DNA of 64,000 nt from Candidatus Omnitrophota bacterium. GTDB lineage: Bacteria; Omnitrophota; Gorgyraeia; Gygaellales; Profunditerraquicolaceae. Made by a program: the position numbers and the translations under genes. Shown one piece after another: positions 46,245 through 54,977 of this stretch. The notes beneath the pieces were generated by a model. It searched no databases, was not told the origin of the DNA, and was given only the letters and a program-made list of their open reading frames with translations. Every line of letters begins with the position of its first letter. Position 1 is the first letter of the stretch. The stretch lies in the NCBI GenBank assembly GCA_022710715.1, contig JAKLGJ010000004.1, positions 256,166 through 320,165 of the forward strand, in the 5' to 3' direction.

Positions 46245-46880
46245 TTATTTTTTATCTTGCTTCTTTTTTTGGGCAACTAAAATCTCGTCTTGTAATTCCT
46301 TAATAAAATCGGCATTAGAACGCTTGGTTGCGGATTCGATATCCTTGTATTTGGATGACTGCAAATTGCCGTTATTGCTAGGATTGACGTAAATGTCCGG
46401 TAACCATGTTATGGGCATCACATAGCAATTTATTAATTCAATAGTCATATCTTCATTGAAGCTAATAAGGAAAGTCGCTATATAAAGTTTTTCTTCAGGT
46501 TTGCTTTTAAAGAACTCAAGAAGTCCTACCGCTTTTGAGATGTCATCTTTGCTGACCTTTACATCATTAACGGCAGATTTTATGTTTATGTATGCACAAT
46601 CATTATTTTCTTTAAGTGTGAGGCTAAGATCGTAAACGCTTACTTCAGAGTCAGAGGGGGTTACTTTTGTAAAACCATATTGATCTGCTTTTTCTTCAAG
46701 ATTTTGGCATATGATTTCTTCAAGTAATCTCCATACCGTTCTTCCTTTTTTCGCTTTTCTCCAGCCGTATGGGAAATGCTTACGTGTACCGATTTGTATT
46801 TTTCCTAAATCGTCGATTAGTTTCTTAAAGGTCGTTTCTAATATTTTCCGAGATTGTTCGGTTTTAAGTATTTCATTCAT
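46245..46880 (-). CDS. hypothetical protein (possible second restriction subunit)
   Basis: 211 aa, co-directional with and 3 nt from the previous gene. Confidence 0.35.
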   Translation of the reverse strand: MNEILKTEQSRKILETTFKKLIDDLGKIQIGTRKHFPYGWRKAKKGRTVWRLLEEIICQNLEEKADQYGFTKVTPSDSEVSVYDLSLTLKENNDCAYINIKSAVNDVKVSKDDISKAVGLLEFFKSKPEEKLYIATFLISFNEDMTIELINCYVMPITWLPDIYVNPSNNGNLQSSKYKDIESATKRSNADFIKELQDEILVAQKKKQDKK

Positions 46881-47025
46881 AATGTATTAAAATACCATAA
46901 ATTTCTCTGTTAGTCCATAAATTTGCTTGACTTTAAGCCGTTTTCCTTATATAAATATATAAGTATATCTGTGTCTATTCCGTCCCGAGTTGGAAGGGAT
47001 AAATCCCGGACGTTAAAAAAGAAAA

Positions 47026-47069
47026 ACCTTCGACTGGTGGCATTATGTTCACCTGTTGAAGGTTTTTTT
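47026..47069 (+). terminator. hairpin plus T-run (candidate terminator)
   Basis: AACCTTC...GAAGGTT with inner GGTG/CACC pairing, followed by TTTTTTT. Confidence 0.4.
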
Positions 47070-47096
47070 ATTTATAGGTAAAAATGGAGGTGTGGC

Positions 47097-47327
47097 ATGG
47101 GAAAGAATCAGCATGTAGTAAAGACGGACGAAGGATGGGGTGTACGTGGTGAGGGGAACTCTCGATTGACCTCAGAGCATCGCACGAAGAACGCCGCCGA
47201 GAACGCCGGAAGGCAAATTGCGAAGCATCAGCAGTCAGAGCTTGTGATTCATGGGCGTGATGGGAAGATTCAGGATAAGGACAGCTTTGGCAAGGATCCG
47301 TGTCCGCCTAAAGATAGAAAACATTAA
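47097..47327 (+). CDS. DUF2188-family small protein
   Basis: VVKTDEGWGVRGEGNSR...SELVIHGRDGKIQDKDSFGKDPCPPKD matches the DUF2188 pattern. Confidence 0.6.
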   Translation: MGKNQHVVKTDEGWGVRGEGNSRLTSEHRTKNAAENAGRQIAKHQQSELVIHGRDGKIQDKDSFGKDPCPPKDRKH

Positions 47328-47360
47328 TTTCGACCAGTGGATGATTTATTTGATGAATTC

Positions 47361-47513
47361 ATGGAATACGATTTTACCATGGGTGCTGATATGGTGAAAT
47401 GTCCGCATTGCGGGGCTGGTGTGCCTTGCAGTTTATTTTTTGATGATGAGGTCGAATGCCCCAAATGCGGAAAGAAGTTTCGTAAGGAAGAAGGCGAAGA
47501 TGGCAAAGCATAG
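47361..47513 (+). CDS. small zinc-ribbon protein (50 aa; not in the ORF track)
   Basis: MEYDFTMGADMVKCPHCGAGVPC...ECPKCGKKF; its stop overlaps the ATG of the next gene. Confidence 0.4.
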   Translation: MEYDFTMGADMVKCPHCGAGVPCSLFFDDEVECPKCGKKFRKEEGEDGKA

Positions 47514-48606
47514 GTCGTTTAAGCTGGAGAAATTCGTTACGGGGGTCAACAACGACCTACTCAATGCATATTTCACTCGAAAAAATGTTACGGTGCCGGA
47601 CGGCTTTGTCTTTGATCGGAATAATATTCACGATTTTCTGGATGGTATCAGCGATGATGGTAAGCGGTCTTATATCGAGGAGGAGTTGCAGTGCATCAAC
47701 GATATCGCTGACCGGGCAAGAGGTTATCTTGAGCAGGCAAAGCGTCAATATAATATAACGGTTCAGGACGATGAGCCGTCAGAAACAACCGCTATGCGGG
47801 TTTTTCTTCATAGTGAGGAAGCGTTCTCGCTCGCCTTCGATTTTTATTTGTACGTCGTTTACTCCGAAAAATTAAGCCACCATAAATTCGATCATAACAA
47901 CTGTAACGTTGCCGAGGATCGTATAGCGTTGTTAAAGAGCGCCATTGAACAGCATTTTAAAGATAGCGGCAAAAGCGAACACTGTGATGTCAGGTACCGG
48001 ACGCATAACGGCAAGCACATTGTTTTGATCGCTCATGGCGATTTCATGAAAACGCATCTTATATTTAAGGATGGGAAAGTTGATATCGACTCATTTCGCC
48101 CAGCCAGAGAGGATATGCTTGTTTTTGACACGAGGAATTGCGTGCTCAGTGTGAACGCTGGCGGCTGGAGTGAAGCTGATAAAAAACGGTATATCGAAAT
48201 ATTTGGGAACGCTATCCTTGGCATTGATCAGGTGCCGGAAGCGACGTTTAATAATACCTTGGTAATTCTCGAACCTATTAAGAACGGCACTTTTAGCTAT
48301 ACCGGCAATGATGATGTTGAGTCTGTCGATTTAACAGAGGTTAAGGTTAAATGCAGAGGTACAAAGGTCATAAAGGTTACGATTAACTGTGGCGATGTGC
48401 GACAGGCGTTTTCGGACTTAGGGATGTCTATGCAAGACGCCGAATATGTTTCAGCGAAATTACGGTTTTGCATTAAGCGTAGCGGGAAGAAGCCCAAATC
48501 AATAACGGTTGAAATCAAGCCGCCGGAGAACACAAAATTACCCGAGAAGGCGGAAAAAGAAATTATTGAAAAATATTTGCGGGACAATGGAGTACTTTTG
48601 ACGTGA
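47500..48606 (+). CDS. hypothetical protein (operon gene 2)
   Basis: Likely start MAKHRSF at 47500, about 368 aa; no family recognised. Confidence 0.5.
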   Translation: MAKHRSFKLEKFVTGVNNDLLNAYFTRKNVTVPDGFVFDRNNIHDFLDGISDDGKRSYIEEELQCINDIADRARGYLEQAKRQYNITVQDDEPSETTAMRVFLHSEEAFSLAFDFYLYVVYSEKLSHHKFDHNNCNVAEDRIALLKSAIEQHFKDSGKSEHCDVRYRTHNGKHIVLIAHGDFMKTHLIFKDGKVDIDSFRPAREDMLVFDTRNCVLSVNAGGWSEADKKRYIEIFGNAILGIDQVPEATFNNTLVILEPIKNGTFSYTGNDDVESVDLTEVKVKCRGTKVIKVTINCGDVRQAFSDLGMSMQDAEYVSAKLRFCIKRSGKKPKSITVEIKPPENTKLPEKAEKEIIEKYLRDNGVLLT

Positions 48607-49697
48607 TGATGAACTTCATATTAAAAAATATTGAGGCTTTTCCCACAGCGTCGTTCAGCGAGAGCGAGCTGGTGCGTGTTTCAAAGACTGATTTCAACTT
48701 TCTGACCAAGCAGAAATGTTTAGACCGAATGAAGTATGACTATATGAAAGAGCCTTATTATTCGTCTGCTTTGGGGGATAATGGGAACGAGCGACGGATC
48801 AAGAAGGTTGGAAGTCGATTCTGCGCATACTCAGTGGAGTCAGCGGATAGTGCGCCTATTGAGGTAACAGAAGCGGATCTGCGGCGATATCAACTTTCTT
48901 TCCCGGCTTTGTTTGCGAAAATCAGGCAGGTTAACAAGATTGAGGGAAAGTTTCAAGAAATCCCGGAAGGGTATTTTTACATAGGGTATAAGCTATACGA
49001 CAGTTTCCGGGTTGGGTTTGTTTTTGTGCCGAAGATTGGGGACGGCAAGCTGATCAAATTCGTCGGGTTAAAGGACATTTGCAAAGATGATAAGGTTCTA
49101 GTTGTTTTCACTCCATTTACGAAGATAGAGGATATTTTATTAAGCTGGGGTTTGAGCAAGTGCAAGATAGTTACGGTTCCTCTTGCGACGGCGCTTGATT
49201 TCAAAACATTCAAATTGTCGATAGATGATCTTACTAAAGAATTTATGCCTGAGGGCGGGGCTACGGCTTTGACTAAAAAGCAGGCAAAAGACTACAAGGA
49301 CTTTGACTACAAGTGTTATGATAAAATTCATATTCCGGGAACGGCTCCAATGAAGCGGAGTAATGACCTTGAGGTGAATGGGCATAAAATCAAAATGCCG
49401 GACGGGGCGTTCAAATTGTTTATTGAACTGGGTGTTGAGCTCAAGAAAGGCAAGGGCGGGTGGCTTAAAAAGGTTGTGGAAGCCGGAAAGTATCAGATTT
49501 TTGACCGGGTTCGATCGCCGCTTCAGGGCAGTTTACTGGGCAAGGATGCCAAGAAGTTTATTGAGAATAATGCATCAAAGGATTACCGTATTTCAACGCA
49601 CCCTGATTTTATAACATTCGATAAAAAGAATCTATTGAAGCACGCCAGCGCATCGGTTCAGGCGTTGGCTAAAGGACTTCCAAGGGGGAAGCGATGA
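48603..49697 (+). CDS. hypothetical protein (operon gene 3)
   Basis: 364 aa, 4-nt overlaps with both neighbours. Confidence 0.5.
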   Translation: MMMNFILKNIEAFPTASFSESELVRVSKTDFNFLTKQKCLDRMKYDYMKEPYYSSALGDNGNERRIKKVGSRFCAYSVESADSAPIEVTEADLRRYQLSFPALFAKIRQVNKIEGKFQEIPEGYFYIGYKLYDSFRVGFVFVPKIGDGKLIKFVGLKDICKDDKVLVVFTPFTKIEDILLSWGLSKCKIVTVPLATALDFKTFKLSIDDLTKEFMPEGGATALTKKQAKDYKDFDYKCYDKIHIPGTAPMKRSNDLEVNGHKIKMPDGAFKLFIELGVELKKGKGGWLKKVVEAGKYQIFDRVRSPLQGSLLGKDAKKFIENNASKDYRISTHPDFITFDKKNLLKHASASVQALAKGLPRGKR

Positions 49698-50533
49698 GCA
49701 AGGCAGTCATTAGTCGATATTTATCTCCTACTACATACGAAGCCGTGCGGAATGATTTTGTTTTCTTGATTGATAAGATTAAAGAGTCGGGTTTTGAATA
49801 CGGACTGCAGATTCGAGATGATTATTTGAATCTATATTATAAAGGTAACAGCATAGGGAAAATATCCTATAAAACTGGTCAAAAAGTTTATGAGGTAAAA
49901 ATACACCGCAAGTTTGTGGATGATTCAATTATTAAGCGTTTTTCGCCGTCGGTTGTTAAGGACTACGCTGTTTTCGTCATTCCCAGCAAGCAACTGCATC
50001 CGCTTTTTAGTTCAAAAAACTTATTGTCTATGGGGCAGAGGGTGAAGGCTGTCCAATTCCAAGAAGAAATTGTCTTTGAGCAAATGCTTTTGACTGACAA
50101 CGCTAACAGGGACGATTTAATCATTATAGATAGGCAAGTTGTTGATCGGGATCATGACACTAAAATGGATCTTCTGGCGCTTAAGCAAAAAGAGCCGGGC
50201 AAGTATCAGTTTTGTGTCATTGAGGTCAAACTTGGCAACAATCAGGAGTTGAAAGAGGACGTTTTTCAACAGCTCAAAGGATACGGTGAACGCATTACAA
50301 GAAATTTCCCTCAGTATAAAAAAAGTTACGAATTGAACTTCGCTCAAAAGCAGGGGCTTGGACTTTTGCCGGGCAGTTTGAAAATTGAAATTGTAGAAGG
50401 TGTGTTCGGCATAGTAGTGGTAGGAGGATATTCCGGTCTTGCCGAGAAAAGCATTTCTGAGCTTAAGGCAAAGCATCCCGATATAAGGGTGTTGCATATA
50501 AAAAATGAAATCAGGTTTGATAATTTGATATGA
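49694..50533 (+). CDS. PD-(D/E)xK (RecB-like) nuclease-fold protein
   Basis: D...D-x13-ExK arrangement (DTKMDLLAL...VIEVKLG) followed by QQLKGY (QxxxY-like). Confidence 0.5.
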   Translation: MSKAVISRYLSPTTYEAVRNDFVFLIDKIKESGFEYGLQIRDDYLNLYYKGNSIGKISYKTGQKVYEVKIHRKFVDDSIIKRFSPSVVKDYAVFVIPSKQLHPLFSSKNLLSMGQRVKAVQFQEEIVFEQMLLTDNANRDDLIIIDRQVVDRDHDTKMDLLALKQKEPGKYQFCVIEVKLGNNQELKEDVFQQLKGYGERITRNFPQYKKSYELNFAQKQGLGLLPGSLKIEIVEGVFGIVVVGGYSGLAEKSISELKAKHPDIRVLHIKNEIRFDNLI

Positions 50534-51822
50534 AGCTAATTATTCATAGAGGTACAGCTGAAATTGGTGGGACCTGTGTAGAGGTCTTTACGGAGAAAAG
50601 CCGGATCGTGATCGATTTCGGACTGCCGCTTGTTAATGCCAAAAAAGAACCATTTGATTCAAAGGTTTTGATAGGTAAATCTCCGGAAGAGTTGAGGGGA
50701 TTAAAAATCCTTCCTAGCGTGAGCGGCCTCTATAAAGATGAGGAGAGGTCGGTTGACGCCATTCTCATATCGCATTCTCACATGGATCACTACGGATTGC
50801 TTCGCTATGTGCACCCCGGCATACCTATATATATGAGCGAGGGTGCCAAGACGTTGGTTGAGGTGTCGGATATATTTACGCCTCACAAAACCGGCAAAAT
50901 AAATACCAAAATCATAGATAAACGAAAGAAGTTAACCATTGGGGATTTTGAAATCTTCCCTTATCTGGTAGATCACTCCGCTTTTGATGCTCTTGCTTTT
51001 ATGATTAAAGCCGATGGGAAGAAGATTTTTTACTCGGGAGATTTCAGGGGGCATGGGAGAAAAAGCGAGCTTTATAGGCGCATGGTGTCTAAGCCGCCGA
51101 AAGATATCGATTGTTTGCTTTTAGAAGGCTCGATGATCGGTCGGGGAGAGCAATTATTCAAAGATGAGCAGGCGGTGCAAGCTCGTATGGAAAAAGTCTT
51201 AAAGGCGACCCCCAATATAAAGTTTTTATTTGCCTCATCTCAGAACATTGACCGAATCGTTTCGGCGTATAAGGCTTGTCTTAAAACAAACCATGTATTC
51301 GTGATTGATATTTACACTGCGTATATTCTTGATTGTCTGAGGAAGGTATCAAAAAATATCCCGCAGTTTAATTGGAGGAATATTAGGGTTAAGTTTATGA
51401 AAAGCCATGCGGATTCATTGGCGCAGAACGCTTCAGTTAAACTTCTTTATGCTTATAACTCCCGTAAGATTGAGATTGATGAGATTAATGCGATCAAGGA
51501 TAAGGTCTTGATGCTTGCACGGGATAATTCTATTTTCCCAATACTGGTGAAGAATATTAAGGGCATAGAGGGAGCGAAGATTATCTATTCAATGTGGGAA
51601 GGATATTTGACGGATAAATTTAAGGATTTTGTCGCTCAGAAAGGGTTGGATATTGAAACCGTTCATACGAGCGGTCATGCCACCATACAGGATTTAAAGG
51701 TTTTTGCCGAAGCGTTAAATCCGGGCAAGTTGATTCCGATTCACACTTTTGAGTCTGGGCAATACCCGAAACTTTTTAGGAACGTACAAATATTACAGGA
51801 TCGGGAAGTATTTAACGTTTAA
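50530..51822 (+). CDS. metallo-beta-lactamase / beta-CASP family nuclease
   Basis: MBL motif ILISHSHMDHYG, additional D/H motifs, C-terminal beta-CASP-like HTSGHA; 430 aa. Confidence 0.8.
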   Translation: MKLIIHRGTAEIGGTCVEVFTEKSRIVIDFGLPLVNAKKEPFDSKVLIGKSPEELRGLKILPSVSGLYKDEERSVDAILISHSHMDHYGLLRYVHPGIPIYMSEGAKTLVEVSDIFTPHKTGKINTKIIDKRKKLTIGDFEIFPYLVDHSAFDALAFMIKADGKKIFYSGDFRGHGRKSELYRRMVSKPPKDIDCLLLEGSMIGRGEQLFKDEQAVQARMEKVLKATPNIKFLFASSQNIDRIVSAYKACLKTNHVFVIDIYTAYILDCLRKVSKNIPQFNWRNIRVKFMKSHADSLAQNASVKLLYAYNSRKIEIDEINAIKDKVLMLARDNSIFPILVKNIKGIEGAKIIYSMWEGYLTDKFKDFVAQKGLDIETVHTSGHATIQDLKVFAEALNPGKLIPIHTFESGQYPKLFRNVQILQDREVFNV

Positions 51823-51846
51823 GGGTAGGGTCAAGGGGAGAAAAAT

Positions 51847-53103
51847 ATGAGAGACCCGCATCAGAATATTTTCTTTTATTACCGTGGGCCCTCTAAGAAC
51901 AGGGAACTGTCATTGTATGATTTTCAGGTAGAGGATAACACGACAAAGAGCTTGATCAATGTCTTTGAATTTTGTTGCCAAGCTGGGTTCGAGGATCTAT
52001 TGAATGGTTTTTTGAAGGCGGTCAATGCCCCTAAGCGACCGGTTGCTTCCTTTAGATTACAGAAAGGGTTAGATGACAGCAGGACAGATGCCTTGATTGA
52101 TCTTGCAGATTACAATATTCATATTGAATCAAAGGTTAGGGCAAGGTTGGATATTGGTCAGATTGAGCGCCACTTAACGTCTATCGATCCGCAAGACATA
52201 TTGGTTGTTATAACGAATCATCGGCAGGATAAAGAAGAATTGAGCAGGGTTAGAGACAGGCGGCTCAGGTATTTAGATTGGGCTGAAGTACATAGAATAT
52301 GCCTGAGGGCTGGTGAGATGATCCGTAACGATAAGCGCATGGTTGCGATCCTGCATTTAATTGAGCAGTTTATTGATTACATGGAGGTTGTGGTTATGAC
52401 CGAATTTAATGGATTCAAGAACTCGGATTTTGATTTTTGGGTGGACCCGAACCCATATTATGTGCCAATTCTTCGGAAGAAGCTGGAGGCTTTGGCAACC
52501 ATTATTAAGGAAAAACTTCCACGGGATATCGGGGATGAATATTCCTTTATTAAACCCGGCAACATATCACGAAGCGGTAAAGATGAGCGGTTTGCGTGGG
52601 TAGCGATCAAAAGACCTAAGGATGGTAAGGATATATTTAATCAGTGCAATTTCACGATTGAGGTATCAAAAAGCTGTCTTGATATAAATACGGTTATTCG
52701 TAATGGCCGCACTTATCAGCCAAAGACAGCGATCGGTGTCTTTTTTAATAAAGTTTCAAATAATCCAGAGAAATTTTTGCAGGTCATCAGGGGTGTTAAA
52801 AAAGAAGCGAGGATCGTCATTTCTAAAAGGTTGCCCAAGACGGGTAAGCGTATTATGCCGGGCAATGAGAAATGGGTGAAATTTTTTGATATGAAGCTGT
52901 GTGACATAACCAGCAAGCAAGATGTTCTTTATTTATGCGAGGTATTAAAGAAGGCAGATAAAGAACCCGGGGCGCCCGGAATACACTTCAGGCGTTCAAT
53001 TGATAGGGGCTCAAAAGTGCTTACTGAGCCGGAAGCGTTGGAAACTGAAATCATAAGCACCATTACTGAGTTTAAGCCGATATTGGTCTACTTGGGGGGA
53101 TAG
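51847..53103 (+). CDS. protein with N-terminal RecB-like PD-(D/E)xK nuclease domain
   Basis: E (ENTTKSLINVFE) ... D (DALIDLAD) ... IHIESK (ExK) ... QIERHL; 418 aa. Confidence 0.45.
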   Translation: MRDPHQNIFFYYRGPSKNRELSLYDFQVEDNTTKSLINVFEFCCQAGFEDLLNGFLKAVNAPKRPVASFRLQKGLDDSRTDALIDLADYNIHIESKVRARLDIGQIERHLTSIDPQDILVVITNHRQDKEELSRVRDRRLRYLDWAEVHRICLRAGEMIRNDKRMVAILHLIEQFIDYMEVVVMTEFNGFKNSDFDFWVDPNPYYVPILRKKLEALATIIKEKLPRDIGDEYSFIKPGNISRSGKDERFAWVAIKRPKDGKDIFNQCNFTIEVSKSCLDINTVIRNGRTYQPKTAIGVFFNKVSNNPEKFLQVIRGVKKEARIVISKRLPKTGKRIMPGNEKWVKFFDMKLCDITSKQDVLYLCEVLKKADKEPGAPGIHFRRSIDRGSKVLTEPEALETEIISTITEFKPILVYLGG

Positions 53104-53140
53104 TCGAGGAAAGGGTTGGGATCGTGGATTTAGGGGGTCA

Positions 53141-53330
53141 AAACGGGCATTTTGCTGGATTTTTGCCGGTGTTGTGATAAAATACCTTTATTGTACGGCA
53201 GGGTAGTGTCGAGTGGATCCCCTAAGGATATCAGCGCTCCCATACTACGTTTACGGTAGAGTTTTATAAGTAGGCTTATTTCAAGGGGTTGTAGGGTTCG
53301 CCTACCGTCCACGACTACCCGTTTTGATAC
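53141..53330 (+). ncRNA. candidate structured non-coding RNA closed by a 10-bp long-range stem
   Basis: TCAAAACGGG (about 53141) pairs with CCCGTTTTGA (about 53320); internal complementary pairs GGGTAGT/ACTACCC, ACGGTAG/CTACCGT, GTAGG-GTTCG-CCTAC hairpin; no protein ORF. Confidence 0.3.
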
Positions 53331-53353
53331 CAAATCGAAACAATATAAAGACA

Positions 53354-53392
53354 ATAGCTGGTTTCCTTGAATGGAGGCCAGCTATTCTTTTT
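53354..53392 (+). terminator. rho-independent terminator
   Basis: ATAGCTGG-loop-CCAGCTAT followed by TCTTTTT. Confidence 0.6.
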
Positions 53393-53404
53393 ATATAATA
53401 AACT

Positions 53405-53450
53405 ATTTACACTACATTTAAATTTTTATGATATAATGTAGTGTAAAAGG
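53405..53450. promoter_or_regulatory. perfect 12-bp inverted repeat operator flanking a -10-like element
   Basis: TTTACACTACAT-N20(TATGATATAAT)-ATGTAGTGTAAA immediately upstream of 53459; a half-site ATGTAGTGTA recurs at about 54448. Confidence 0.55.
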
Positions 53451-53458
53451 AGAATAAG

Positions 53459-53764
53459 ATGAGAATCCTTCAGGGGATATTGTCAGAGAGCAAGGAATAT
53501 TATCAAGACTTAAAGAAGAAAATAGCGAAGAAATTGTTGGTTCTCCCTAGGGGGAGTATTAAAGAAAGGGTGATCGCAGGGAAGAAGTACTATTATTTGC
53601 AGTATCGCAAAGCGGAAAAAATAGTGCAGAAGTATTTAGGCCGGCAAAAACCCGAGGTTCTCACAAAGCAGATAAAGGAACGCGGAATCTTAAAAGAGGA
53701 ACTCAAAAAGGTGAATGAAGCTTTGAAAATCATCATAAGATCCGAAGGCAGAAAACATGTTTGA
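53459..53764 (+). CDS. small basic protein, putative antitoxin/regulator of the downstream nucleotidyltransferase
   Basis: 101 aa, 8-nt overlap with the downstream gene. Confidence 0.4.
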   Translation: MRILQGILSESKEYYQDLKKKIAKKLLVLPRGSIKERVIAGKKYYYLQYRKAEKIVQKYLGRQKPEVLTKQIKERGILKEELKKVNEALKIIIRSEGRKHV

Positions 53765-54443
53765 ATCCATTAAAAGGATTTTAACAGTTTTTGCCGACAA
53801 TGAGCTGTTTGAGGAGGGAGTTGAACTTATAGGCAGTTGGTGTTTTAGTCTATACCAACAACACCTCGGCGCAAAAGAATTCCCTTTGATGACGCAAGAT
53901 ATCGATTTTCTGATCCCCAGCCCTTTTCATGGCAAAGAGCATTTGGGTTTCATTAAACAGTTGGAAGATTTAGGTTTTCAGCCTGATTTCAAGAGAGATG
54001 GATCTCTTTTTCTTTGGAATTCTGAGTTAAAAATAGAGTTTATAACCACCGAGAAGGGTGCGGGAACCGATAAGGCAATTAAGATCAAGAAATTAGGCAT
54101 AGATGCTATACCCCTAAGGCATGTTGGTTTTTTATTGGAGGATCCCATTACTATTATTGATAAAGGCATCAAGATAACTGTTCCGGCGCCGGAGCGTTTT
54201 TGTCTTCAAAAGCTTATCATTGCCCCAAGAAGAAGAAAAATAGAAAAGAGATTAAAGGATATACAGCAAGCTGTCTGTACTTCTGTAATTGTTGATTCGA
54301 AGGAAATAAGGGATTTATTCCGATCTTTACCTGCGAAATGGCGTCGAGATGTGTTGAGGATGCTTGAGGTGGCTAAGACAGAATTGCCGTTGTTGAGAGA
54401 AGATGTAGAAAAACTGGTTCTTACACTACAACATGATAAATAA
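53757..54443 (+). CDS. pol-beta superfamily nucleotidyltransferase, AbiEii/DUF1814-like
   Basis: hG[GS]...DhD motif: LIGSWCFSLYQQ...TQDIDFLI resembles GGTAL...SxDLDF of AbiEii-type toxins. Confidence 0.55.
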   Translation: MFESIKRILTVFADNELFEEGVELIGSWCFSLYQQHLGAKEFPLMTQDIDFLIPSPFHGKEHLGFIKQLEDLGFQPDFKRDGSLFLWNSELKIEFITTEKGAGTDKAIKIKKLGIDAIPLRHVGFLLEDPITIIDKGIKITVPAPERFCLQKLIIAPRRRKIEKRLKDIQQAVCTSVIVDSKEIRDLFRSLPAKWRRDVLRMLEVAKTELPLLREDVEKLVLTLQHDK

Positions 54444-54476
54444 TAAATAATGTAGTGTAGACCGTGAAGTGTTGAA

Positions 54477-54977
54477 TCATTTTAGATAATTGCGATATTT
54501 GAGCGCGTTTCTAACAGTTTTTCGATTCACTTTTATAATTCTGGCTATTGTTTTCAAAGGCGTACCCAAAAAGTGCAATTCTTCTATTTTTGGGGCTAAT
54601 TTTTGATGTAATGGGGTTGCGGTAGGTTCTAAAATGATGGTAACTTGGACTTCGGAAGCGGTTCGAATTGGTAGCAGACGCGTCCGTTTTATTGGGGAAT
54701 CGAGTTCCGCTGAGTAAGGGGCGGAGTCGTCTCTACAATATGGATAAAGAAGTGAGCGTAGGTATAGGGCAGAGAAGATCAAAAGGCGTGTTCTTCTTTG
54801 CCTTGCTGGAATTCGTGGGAACAACACAATTCCTGCGGATGTACTCTGTGGATTTTGACAGTCCCGTCGCGCAATCCTTCCCCCATTTTCGGACCATACT
54901 GTGGATCTATGTATTGTTAATCTCGGTTGTATCGCCTGTTTGTGGAATAGGATTGTTGCTGTTGAAGGAGTGGGCAA
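54477..54977 (-). pseudogene. degenerate transposase remnant (HTH only)
   Basis: C-terminal GTPLKTIARIIKVNRKTVRNALK resembles a transposase HTH; the rest is low-complexity Arg/Pro-rich. Confidence 0.3.

Noticed and set aside
46915-46950. Direct repeat CCATAAATTT x2 in the divergent promoter region between the restriction gene and DUF2188
   Set aside because: Only two short copies in an AT-rich promoter; it could be a regulator half-site but is too weak to call.
53280-53310. tRNA/tmRNA-like T-arm hairpin (GTAGG-GTTCG-CCTAC)
   Set aside because: The loop is 5 nt rather than a 7-nt T-loop. No acceptor stem, D-arm or anticodon arm could be built. It is treated as part of a larger structured RNA candidate.
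54650-54680. GGTTCGAAT motif resembling a tRNA T-loop, considered as a possible attR copy of the tRNA-Ser 3' end
   Set aside because: Only 9 nt match, then the sequence diverges. There is no acceptor-stem complement. No convincing direct repeat of the tRNA-Ser(GGA) 3' end was found by eye anywhere downstream.
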